Shown: piece after piece, positions 1 to 11,000 of the stretch
Layout: each line of letters opens with the position of its first letter
Numbering within the stretch: position 1 is the stretch's first letter
Assembly (NCBI GenBank): GCA_964247055.1
Contig: OZ176056.1
Span: forward strand, 1,240,001 to 1,304,000
Reading direction: 5' to 3'
DNA length: 64,000 nt
From: Paragordius varius
Taxonomy: Eukaryota; Animalia; Nematomorpha
The notes under the pieces: model-generated
Told to the model about the DNA's origin: nothing
The model's input: only the letters and a program-made list of their open reading frames with translations
Databases searched by the model: none
Position numbers and translations under genes: made by a program

Positions 1-485
1 AATACCCCAGGCCTGTTTAAAATAAAATATTTTTAAAATATGGAAGGAATTGAAGCCATGGCAAACTTTTGCCCTTATATAATATTAATAAACCGCTTGA
101 TATTACTTTTAAGCTAAAACTGAATGGTAAAAATTTAGTCAACGTAACATGTGTGCAATGATAAAATTGAAAATAATACAAAGTAAAATGCTTTTTCTAT
201 TTTTATTGACGTTAGATGTAATTTAAATAAAAATTTAGCTTTAATTTTACCCTTAAAATTAAAAGGACGATATTTTGCCAAAATTTTGTAAAATAAAAAT
301 GTCGAAGTATTTTGACATGGAACTTTTTATTCAAAACAAAATTTTATTAAGATATTTTAGCTTATTAAAATAATCTTTATTAGGACTGAGGTATAAATTT
401 AAATTAGGACCGTTTCTCTCAATAGTTTTTTAGAGTTTAATTTTAATTTAGTATGGGGTATTTAGATACAAATATAATCGAAGTG
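1..485. mobile_element. piggyBac-like MITE, left end cut by the window (same family as 53772-54344, opposite orientation)
   Basis: Reverse-complement similarity to 53772-54344; ends ggggtatttagatac...gtg followed by TTAA at 486-489. Confidence 0.6.
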
Positions 486-1607
486 TTAAATAAATTTTTT
501 CGCACACTACACATGGCCGTAGAATATTTTTTTAAGATTTGGACCATATTTTAAAACGTACCTCCTCTTGAATAATGAATTACCCTATAAAAATTGTAGC
601 GGTCAAAAAATAATAAGCACAAATCGAATTACCAAACATATATTCTAAACTAATTTAAATAATTATTTTTTGATCTTAAATTTACAATATTATTTTTAAG
701 TTTTATTTGGCTATTTTCATACTTTATAAGGAAATCATTAACGATAAATTTTGAGCTTAATAATGAAAATACCCTGTTCTATTATAAATTAGCACAGCTT
801 CAATATCATACAATCACGTAATAACGCGTGTTTTTTCGCTTTAAATTATTATAATCAGATTTTATGTCATCCGATATAAGCGTTTTGGATACATCGATAA
901 ATAATATAAGTACTTCAAAACATGGTTCGCTTACCCTATCCAATCCCGAAGAATTTGTTATAAAATTTGGAGGAACCACTCTAATTCAAAAGGTAATTTT
1001 TATAATGTTTAAATTTAGATCCTTATTGCCAATAATGGTATAGCTGCGGTTAAATGTATGCGATCTATCCGAAGATGGGCATACGAAATGTTTCGAAATG
1101 AACGAGCGATAAAATTTGTTGTCATGGTGACTCCCGAAGATTTAAAAGCTAATGCTGGTAACATATACATCATTATAAGCAAGAGCAATTTTAATTAATT
1201 TTTTTTGACTGTTGATTGATTTAATATTCGGCTTGTTTAATGCTATCTCTAGTTAGTTTTCATTTTTTAATTAAATATAAATTCAAAAATTAAAAATTGG
1301 TTTGAAAATTAATTTATGGACTAATTTTATTTATTTTTCCAATTCCCCTTTAATCACCTCATATATAATTTTTAAAAAAAAACAACGCTTATAAAATAAT
1401 TAACATTTTGCTGATTTTTATGAACTTTTCTGATTTTTTAAAATAAACCTTCTCGAAATGGTTTGTTGGTATTTAAAACGCTCTAATCCATCATTTAATC
1501 TAAATTATTTTAAATTTCATGTAAAATAAAATACCATAACTGATAAAATTGTAAATCTCACAATTTAACTTTTATATATTCTTTAAAAATGCATTGATGC
1601 ATAAATA

Positions 1608-1650
<43 letters not shown>

Positions 1651-1671
1651 TAATTCCCCCTTAATAATATA

Positions 1672-2123
1672 CCATTTACAGTTCAAATTCACCCTTGAAC
1701 AATTGAAATTCACCCTCGAACAATTCAAATTCACTCTTGAACAATTCAAATTCACCCTCGAACAATTCAAATTCACCCTTGAACAATTGAAATTCACCCT
1801 CGAACAATTCAAATTCACTCTTGAACAATTCAAATTCACCCTCGAACAATTCAAATCACCCTAAAAATAAATTATGTGTTTTCGAACTAATATAACTCAT
1901 TATTAATATAAAATATATCTTTATGGCATAATTAATTATTTTTTTCAGTATTATTTTAATTTAAAACAAAATTTTATTTTTAAAAATATATAAAAATATA
2001 GATAATTTTTTATATAAAAAACATGTTATTTATTGGAGGGTGAATTTGAATTGTTCAAGGGTGAATTTGAATTGTTCAAGGGTGAATTTGAATTGTTTAA
2101 GGGTGAATTTAAACTGTAAATGG
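1672..2123. mobile_element. MITE family A (TIR CCATTTACAGTTCAAATTCACCC with 21-bp subterminal repeats, TA-flanked)
   Basis: Inverted ends ccatttacag / ctgtaaatgg; the empty site is visible in copy 2 at ~33930. Confidence 0.85.
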
Positions 2124-2489
2124 TATATTAATATGAATATGAATATAGAGTACATAAAAATGGCGGATCAATATGTCCCGGTTCCAGGCGGTTCCAACAA
2201 TCACAATTACGCCAATGTTGAACTCATTGTAGAGATTTGTGTGCGGACGGGGGCTGATGCAGTTTGGGCCGGTTGGGGTCATGCCAGTGAGAATCCAGCT
2301 CTGCCCTTTGCTTTAGCGGACCGCTGCCTAGCTTTCTTGGGCCCTTCGGCCTTTGCTATGCATGCCCTGGGTGATAAAATAGCCTCCACACTGATTGCAC
2401 AAAGCGCTCATGTTCCTACCCTGGCTTGGAGTGGATCAGGTTAATGTTTTAAGATCTATATTGAGGTTTTGTGGTTTTTTGAGGGGTGG

Positions 2490-2860
2490 TTTTAAAGGTT
2501 AAAAATACCGAAGGGTTAAATGGTTTTGTGAGTTTTTGTTTGGTTTTAAAGGTTGAAATGTAGTTTTAACGGTTAAAAATACCGAAGGTTTAAATGGTTT
2601 TGTGAGTTAGTTTTGTGCCAAGAAATAATTATTAGGGTAATGATTTTTAAAATTTAAAGAGGAGTTTTTCAATACGGTTAAAAATACCGAAGATTTGATT
2701 GGTTTTGTGAGTTAGTTTTGGCTAAGAAATTGAATATATAAGGTAAAGAATGATTTTAGAATTTAAAGGGGTACGGTTAAAAATACCGAAGGTTTTAAAT
2801 GGTTTTGTGAGTTAGTTTTGGCTAAGAAATTGAATATATAAGGTAATGTTTTATAAAATT
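2490..2860 (+). repeat. Intronic minisatellite (about 4 imperfect units with core ggttaaaaataccgaagg...tggttttgtgagtt)
   Basis: Core recurs at ~2496, 2571, 2676 and 2774; only about 2 units in copy 2 (~34310-34500). Confidence 0.75.
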
Positions 2861-4826
2861 TAAAGGGGTGGGGAATTTTGGCTCTTTTATACTTTAAACC
2901 TATAAGTTTGGGCGTATACGTTTCTATTATGATTTTATGGGGATGAGTTAGATCTTCTAATAATTTTAAATGATTGATGAAATGTCAAGGAATTAGAATA
3001 TATATATATTTTCAAAATCTGCCTTTAATTTTAAATATTTAAAATATTGTGCGTATAAAAATTTTAAGGTAAGAACCATATGGTTGAATGGTAAAATATT
3101 GTATTGAAATAAATCATGGTGATATTTTATAATTTTAATGTTGCAACTTATTATGAGACTTATATCACTCTAAATTTTTTAGCTGTACCGGAATATTAAA
3201 AAACCCTTTTGTCATACCGTAATATAATGTATTTTTTTAAAAAGCAAATTCTTGAATTATATTTATATTATCATATTGAGATTATCAAATATAAAATAAT
3301 ACCGTTTTTTAGTTATACAGTAAAAATTGGAATTAAACAGACAAAACTTGAAATCTAAAAGAAAAATTTTTTTTTCCAAAAGATCCATATTGTATCTGGA
3401 CTTTTTTTAAATTTTAACTTATTGTTTTTGGTTGCAAAAAATAGTGATATAAATTGCTATTAAACTTAATTATAATTTAGAGTTTTTATTCAGTTTATGT
3501 GAGAAAAATCAAGGAATAGCAATCTTTTAAAAAGAATTTGGTTTTTTTTCACGTTTTTTTCCTTTTTAATAATTAATTTAACTCAAATGCAGGCATAGAG
3601 ATTGAAAATTTAGAGGTCAAAAGTCGCTCCCTACAACAAAGTATAAATGCCGAACATTTTGTTAATCAATCCCTCATGACTAAAAATATTAGTGTTTCAA
3701 CAACCAAACAAATAACCAATGCTGGAAATAGTGTTTCTACTTCAGCGTCGCAAAACACCGCAACTTATTATGATTTGGATAATTTGAATAATTTGATCCC
3801 AACTGAAATATATGAATCGGCTTGTATCTCAAACTGTGAACAAGGATTACAAGTTTATAGAGATTTTTTTTTCGAGTTTTTTCGGGTTCTTTAAGGTTTT
3901 TCAAGGGTGTTTTAGGTTTTTAAATTAAATTTTATTAATTTTGAAGGCTTTGTGTTAAAAAATTAGTTAAAATTGATATTTACATATAGCGAATTTATGA
4001 ATTATGTTGGTTAAAAACCAATCAAGAATAATATTTTTCCTATATAAAACTCTTTTCTTATCTTTGATTTTAGCTTTAAAACCTTTGTAATTAAAAAAAT
4101 TTAAAATTAAGTAATTACCAATTATTATCTTTTACTTGTATGGCAACTCAAAACGAAATATATTATATCAAAAAATCAAGTTAAAGCAAAATTTTTTTTT
4201 AAAAAAAAGAAATTTCTGTCTTTAACTTAAAGTTTGAATCAAATTATGGCATTTATATCTAATTTTTTATATTTTAAACTAAAAATTTTTTTAGATGAGC
4301 AAAAAAATTGGATACCCCATTATGATTAAAGCTTCCGAAGGTGGTGGAGGTAAAGGCATACGTAAAGTATTAAAACCCGAAGATTTTCCAATAGCTTTTA
4401 AACAGGTATCATTTTTTTAAAAAATAATTTTTTTTTAAAATTATAAATTTATAAATTTACAATATTTGTTTAATAGAGTTATGTTTATGTCTGTAAAATA
4501 GGTTATAAAACAGTGAATGATAAATTATATTTTTATTATCACTTTCGAAATTTATTAGCTAAAATTTGGTTCAACATAATTGACTTAAAATAAGGAAATT
4601 GATTTGTTTATTAAATATTTGCAAATTATCATGATTAATGTTTAATTTTTTCTCACCAATTATGTTACTAATTTTCATTAATTTACATCTCTATACCTTG
4701 TTGTGCATCGTCAATTAAGTTTCCTCTTTAAAAAACCATCCATCTGTTTATATTTATATAATTTAAGTTTAAATCAGTATGTTAATTAAAAAAGATATTC
4801 AATATATATATATATATATATATATA

Positions 4827-5063
4827 CCATTTACAGTTTAAATCCCTTGAACAATTTAAATTCACCCCAAACGATTTAAATTCACCCCGAACACTTTTAA
4901 TTCACTCTAGAAATAAATTATGTGTTTTCAAACTAATATAACTCATCATTAAAATGAAAATATTTTTATGGCATAGTTTAATTTTTAAAAAACATATTTT
5001 AGATGAATTTGAATTATTCTAGGGTGATTGAATTGTTTAAGGGTGAATTTGAATTGTAAATTG
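4827..5063. mobile_element. MITE family A, short derivative, inside the ACC deletion intron
   Basis: ccatttacag ... gggtgaatttgaattgtaaattg within (TA)n; counterpart at 36474-36710. Confidence 0.75.
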
Positions 5064-5845
5064 TATATATATATATATATATATATACATATTAGTCATA
5101 TATTAGATTTCGGATTTTTGAGTCAAAGTTTAACAATAATATTAATCTTTCATAAACTTTTTTAAAAAATATGTTATTTTGGGGTGTTAAATATAATTTT
5201 TGAATTACATTTTCCGGGTATTATTTTTAAAAATTTTTAATTTATTAAATAATTTTTTTTACAAATTTAGTACATTTCCAATTTAATTTCGAATAATTTA
5301 CAGTTTGTTTCGCTTAATTCTTAATTAATTTAGGAATTTGGTTGTTGGCCTTAAAGAGTTATCGATTAAGGGTGATTTTAGAACTACTGTTGAATACCTT
5401 ATAACTTTGTTGACGGAAAGTTTTCAAAAAAATAATTTTGATACCGAATGGTTGGATAAACTTATTGCTGAAAAATTTCAAGTATTATATGTTAATTTAT
5501 TTTACCTAAGATACAATTTTTAGGATTTTTTTATTAAATAAAGATTTGAAGTATTAAATATTTGCTTAATTATATTTAAATTTATGTATTTAAGGCCATT
5601 AAATTTATTATAAGTATATATAAAATGGAATTTTATACATTTTCTTACTTTTACTGATTCCTGAAAACTTCAATTTTAAATTGTAATTGGAATAAATAGT
5701 TTCTCAGTTATCTGATCTTTTAAAAACAATTGAACGCGTCATATAATTTTAAATAAAGCAATAATAATATTAAAAAGTTAACGTTTGGTTTTCACAAAAT
5801 TTTACATCGTTTTTATTGTATAAACGGTTTTAATTAGATTGATGT

Positions 5846-6753
5846 TTGATTGATTTTAAACAAGCTTTGATATATGGTGTAGTTAGTCTTAACAATGTGG
5901 GACAATATGTTCTTAATCAGGAAGGTAATATACATTAAATTTTGTAATTTTACGCATATTTTTTTAAAAACATCTTTTTAACGTTATATATAGATTTGTC
6001 AAGATGGGTGGTCAAAATAAAAGGCGTATCCCTGATAAATGGCACAACCGCTGGAAATACAAATTCTCTAGATTTATTAGTTTTTCTTGCCAACCCCTTA
6101 ATTAATTATCCTGAAAAAGCAAAAGACATCCGTGGCCTAGACATTTTTTTGAGTAGCCCGGGGAAAGATTTACCTGCTAGAAGAGGATTTATTTCGGTAT
6201 ATTTTTGATAGATTTTAATAATTTAAAATTTATGACAAGTTTTTTTACCCAAAACCTGAAACTATAAATATCTTCGGTTTTAAACGACGAAATATAAGTC
6301 TTTATGACAATGTATGTGTGGTTAACAGGAGTCATATTTGAATTATAATATAAAGGCAGACGAGTACGTTTTATAACTAGTTGTCTAAATTTATATTATA
6401 AAATTTGCCTTTTTTACAGTAAATCATGAAATTATACGGATGAACCTAAAAATATAAAGACAAATATTTTTTTAAAGTCTGCTGTAATCTATTAAACTCA
6501 TATTTAAATATTACTCTTTGTTTTTGAATTTTAAAGTATGAAATAAAAATCTATTTTGGTAATACAATTAATTACGTTATTTCCAATTGTAATAAAATAA
6601 TTTCTGTAAATGGTTTATAGTATGATTATCTTGAAAAAGTATATGTCTTTATATTTTTACTGTTCTCTCTATAATTCCAATTTTTACTGTAAAATTTTTT
6701 GAGAGATGTTCTGTCTGTATAAGCATCAATTTTTACTGTATCAAACAATTTCT

Positions 6754-6804
<51 letters not shown>

Positions 6805-7007
6805 TACGACCCAAACATTTTATGTATTTGTATAAAAACTAATGTGTGCATTTCTTTTTTTAGGCGGTTTCTGATAATTATCGCTTCCCATATGTTTTTC
6901 CCGATACGGAATACGAGATTGTGGTTAGACCAGTCTTTATAAATCAAGATGCCGCATCCACAGAAGCAAGTTCACATCGTGTTTATGTTCAAACGAATCA
7001 CTGCTAA
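5846..7007 (+). pseudogene. Probable DEG/ENaC (ASIC/pickpocket-like) channel extracellular-domain fragment, copy 1
   Basis: Exons 5846-5924 (no usable acceptor), 5994-6196 and 6864-~6980 splice in frame: ...GTTAGNTNSLDLLVFL...IRGLDIFLSSPG..LPARRGFIS/AVSDNYRFPYVFPDTEYEIVVRPVFINQD. This resembles the ENaC GL-x-L / G-x-x-V-x-IH / PG-x-ET-x-I-x-V-x-P segments. Family assignment is by motif recall only. Confidence 0.55.
6417..6689. mobile_element. MITE family B (TA|CAGT...ACTG|TA ends, Tc1/mariner-pogo-like)
   Basis: TIR consensus cagtaaaaattggaattatacggac; relatives at 19355-19595, 22248-22526, 30073-30294, ~38060-38340, ~53320-53605 and ~56985-57505. Confidence 0.7.
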
Positions 7008-7404
7008 TCATGAAACTAAATTCTAAAATAACTATTATATAATTAAAATAAATATGGGTTATCGGGCGATGGTTTAAATTACGATGTGATATGTTTGATT
7101 TACAGATTAACCCCCTTTTTTAATAATCTATCTATAGTATATCCTGGAAAGTACAAATAAATTTTAGTTATTATGGCTAATAGATATAAATATATACCTA
7201 ATCAAATGTGTTGGGGTTTTATTTGCTTAATATTCTACTTTACGCTTTTGTTGATAAAAGATCTCTCTCCGATGTTTCAATATCTACCCGTGATTTATTT
7301 TATTGACTCCAGTTTAAATTGAGAAATATTAGGAGATGAGTTGTTGTAATACATTAATCAATATCAAATTTAGGAATTTATATCACTATCCTATGGATAG
7401 GAAT

Positions 7405-7560
7405 CTAACTTGATTTTACTGTAACGGTCAACACAGATTATCCTATTATTGTGTTTTACATCCACTGATTACCGAAGCCGCCAATTTTCAGTAATAAGAT
7501 TGATGTTTAAGGTTGTCTTATACGAGTAAATTGCAAGCAGATTGTGGAGGTCGGTTTATA
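7405..7560 (-). repeat. Single diverged, inverted monomer of the 167/168-bp satellite
   Basis: Reverse complement reads aaaccgac..caatctg..caatcttattactgaaaattggcggcttcggtaatcagtggatgtaaaacacaataa..ttacagtaaaatcaagttag, collinear with the array unit. Confidence 0.85.
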
Positions 7561-8033
7561 TCAAAACTAAATTGGTTTGAAGAAATATGAGACTAACACA
7601 CTAGGTGGATATCCTATAAAAAGTCGATTTTCTTATAAGTTATTATCTTTAATATTTTCAAATTTTCGCTAATTTTTGTATGAAACTTACAGTAATTTAA
7701 CTTACACAGACAACATGCAAAAATTAAAAATAACCATTTCTTTTTTTTGTTTTTTTATTTAACTCTTTGGGTTGTGAAATGGGGATTAGAGATGTAAATT
7801 GGTTTAGCTTATTTTTATAATTATGGGAATCATAATTTATGAATAAGTAGATTAGTCTTTTAAAAAATGATTTTTCAATTTTTCCATGTTGTGTTTGTAA
7901 TATTAATATTTGTGAAATAGCTTTTTCTCGTTATTGTACAAAATGCTTAAAACATGAGCATATATAATTTAAGCAACAATCATTTTATTAAAGTTAATGT
8001 TTTTTAAATAATAACACACAAATAGAATACATA

Positions 8034-11000
8034 AACCCTACAACCTTCTCTTGTTTTGAAAATCGGTGGGTTCGGTGATGAGTGGTGGTAAAAAACAATA
8101 AAACGGTAACCTATTTAGTCCTTTACAGTAAACTCAAGTTAGCCAAATCTTACAATAAACCGTCCGGCAAAATCTGTTTTCAATCAATTCTCAACTCGTT
8201 AACAACCAAAACACCATCTATCTTGTTACTGAATGGCGGCTTCGGTGATGAGTGGATGTACACAATAATACTTTAATCTGTTTAGTCCTTTACAGTAAAC
8301 TCAAGTTAGCCAAGTCTTTACAATAAACCGTCCGGCAAAATCTGTTTTCAATCAATTCTCAACTCGTTAACAACCAAAACACCGTCTATCTTGTTACTGA
8401 ATTGGGGCTTCGGTGATGAGTGGATGTACACAATAATACTTTAATCTGTTTAGTCCTTTACAGTAAACTCAAGTTAGCCAAGTCTTTACAATAAACCGTC
8501 CGGCAAAATCTGTTTTCAATCGATTCTCAACTCGTTCACAACCAAAACACCGTCTATCTTGTTACTGAATTGAGGCTTCGGTGATGAGTGGATGTACACA
8601 ATAATACTTTAATCTGTTTAGTCTTTTACAGTAAACTCAAGTTAGCCAAGTCTTTACAATAAACCGTCCGGCAAAATCTGTTTTCAATCAATTTTCAACT
8701 CGTTAACAACCAAAACACCGTCTATCTTGTTACTGAATTGGGGCTTCGGTGATGAGTGGATGTACACAATAATACTTTAATCTGTTTAGTCCTTTACAGT
8801 AAACTCAAGTTAGCCAAGTCTTTACAATAAACCGTCCGGCAAAATCTGTTTTCAATCGATTCTCAACTCGTTCACAACCAAAACAGCGTCTATCTTGTTA
8901 CTGAATTGGGGCTTCGGTGATGAGTGGATGTACACAATAATACTTTAATCTGTTTAGTCTTTTACAGTAAACTCAAGTTAGCCAAGTCTTTACAATAAAC
9001 CGTCCGGCAAAATCTGTTTTCAATCAATTTTCAACTCGTTAACAACCAAAACACCGTCTATCTTGTTACTGAATGGCGGCTTCGGTGATGAGTGGATGTA
9101 CACAATAATACTTTAATCTGTTTAGTCCTTTACAGTAAACTCAAGTTAGCCAAGTCTTTACAATAAACCGTCCGGCAAAATCTGTTTTCAATCGATTCTC
9201 AACTCGTTCACAACCAAAACACCGTCTATCTTGTTACTGAATTGGGGCTTCGGTGATGAGTGGATGTACACAATAATACTTTAATCTGTTTAGTCCTTTA
9301 CAGTAAACTCAAGTTAGCCAAATCTTACAATAAACCGTCGGGCGAAATCTGTTTTCAATCAATTCTCAACTTGTTAACAACTAAAACACCTTTTATCTTG
9401 TTACTGAATTGGGGCTTCGGTGATGAGTGGATGTACACAATAATACTTTAATCTGTTTAGTCCTTTACAGTAAACTCAAGATAGCCAAGTCTTTACAATA
9501 AACCGTCCGGCAAAATCTGTTTTCAATCAATTTTCAACTCGTTAACAACCAAAACACCGTCTATCTTGTTACTGAATGGCGGCTTCGGTGATGAGTGGAT
9601 GTACACAATAATACTTTAATCTGTTTAGTCCTTTACAGTAAACTCAAGTTAGCCAAATCTTACAATAAACCGTCCGGCGAAATCTGTTTTCAATCAATTC
9701 TCAACTTGTTAACAACTAAAACACCTTTTATCTTGTTACTGAATTGGGGCTTCGGTGATGAGTGGATGTACACAATAATACTTTAATCTGTTTAGTCCTT
9801 TACAGTAAACTCAAGTTAGCCAAGTCTTACAATAAACCGTCCGGCGAAATCTGTTTTCAATCAATTCTCAACTTGTTAACAGCTAAAACACCTTTTATCT
9901 TGTTACTGAATTGGGGCTTCGGTGATGAGTGGATGTACACAATAATACTTTAATCTGTTTAGTCCTTTACAGTAAACTCAAGTTAGCCAAGTCTTTACAA
10001 TAAACCGTCCGGCAAAATCTGTTTTCAATCGATTCTCAACTCGTTCACAACCAAAACACCGTCTATCTTGTTACTGAATTGGGGCTTCGGTGATGAGTGG
10101 ATGTACACAATAATACTTTAATCTGTTTAGTCTTTTACAGTAAACTCAAGTTAGCCAAGTCTTTACAATAAACCGTCCGGCAAAATCTGTTTTCAATCAA
10201 TTTTCAACTCGTTAACAACCAAAACACCGTCTATCTTGTTACTGAATTGGGGCTTCGGTGATGAGTGGATGTACACAATAATACTTTAATCTGTTTAGTC
10301 CTTTACAGTAAACTCAAGTTAGCCAAGTCTTTACAATAAACCGTCCGGCAAAATCTGTTTTCAATCGATTCTCAACTCGTTCACAACCAAAACACCGTCT
10401 ATCTTGTTACTGAATTGGGGCTTCGGTGATGAGTGGATGTACACAATAATACTTGAATCTGTTTAGTCCTTTACAGTAAACTCAAGTTAGCCAAGTCTTT
10501 ACAATAAAATGTCCGGCAAAATCTGTTTTCAATCAATTCTCAACTCGTTAACAACCAAAACACCGTCTATCTTGTTACTGAATTGGGGCTTCGGTGATGA
10601 GTGGATGTACACAATAATACTTTAATCTGTTTAGTTCTTTACAGTAAACTCAAGTTAGGCAAGTCTTTACAATAAACCGTCCGGCAAAATCTGTTTTCAA
10701 TCAATTCTCAACTCATTAACAACTAAAACACCATCTATCTTGTTACTGAATTGGGGCTTCTGTGATGAGTGGATGTACACAATAATACTTTAATCTGTTT
10801 ACTCCTTTACAGTAAACTCAAGTTAGCCAAGTCTTTTGAATAAACCGTCCGGCGAAATCTGTTTTCAATCAATTCTCAACTTGTTAACAATTAAAATACC
10901 ATCTATCGTGTTACTGAATTGGGGGTTCGGTGATGAGTGGATGTACACAATAATACTTTAATCTGTTTAGTCCTTTACAGTAAACTCAAGTTAGCCAAAT

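Larger units (their letters stand above)
864..5481 (+). pseudogene. ACC: Acetyl-CoA carboxylase 5' fragment, copy 1 (biotin carboxylase N-terminal part; internally deleted, no BCCP or CT domains)
   Basis: Exons 864-992, 1019-1157, 2149-2439, 3593-3852, 4295-4405, 5334-5481 give [72 protein letters not shown] and [17 protein letters not shown]. About 230 aa of the ATP-grasp core are absent between the last two exons, whose phases (0 vs 2) are incompatible. Confidence 0.9.

Noticed and set aside
1558-2150. ORFs with (NCSRVNL)n repeats
   Set aside because: Translations of the 21-bp subterminal repeats of MITE family A
4560-4750. Minus-strand MDGFLKRK... resembling a hAT transposase N-terminus
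   Set aside because: Stops follow within a few codons, with no further motifs or TIRs; too short to support
5334-6196. Functional in-frame ACC-ENaC fusion protein
   Set aside because: Exon phases do not match at either junction, and the candidate acceptors at 5837 and 5864 give immediate stops when joined to the phase-0 ACC exon
6706-6947. ORFs containing IYIYIY runs (also 33810-34079)
   Set aside because: Read-through of (TA)n microsatellites
8409-8425. CENP-B-box-like motif CTTCGGTGATGAGTGGA
   Set aside because: Only 6 of the 9 essential positions match; not evidence of centromere function
8390-8570. Tandem box C/D snoRNA array (GTGATGA and CTGA in each unit)
   Set aside because: No terminal stem, no clear C'/D' boxes and no convincing rRNA-complementary guide next to the D box; a snoscan or small-RNA check would be needed to revive it
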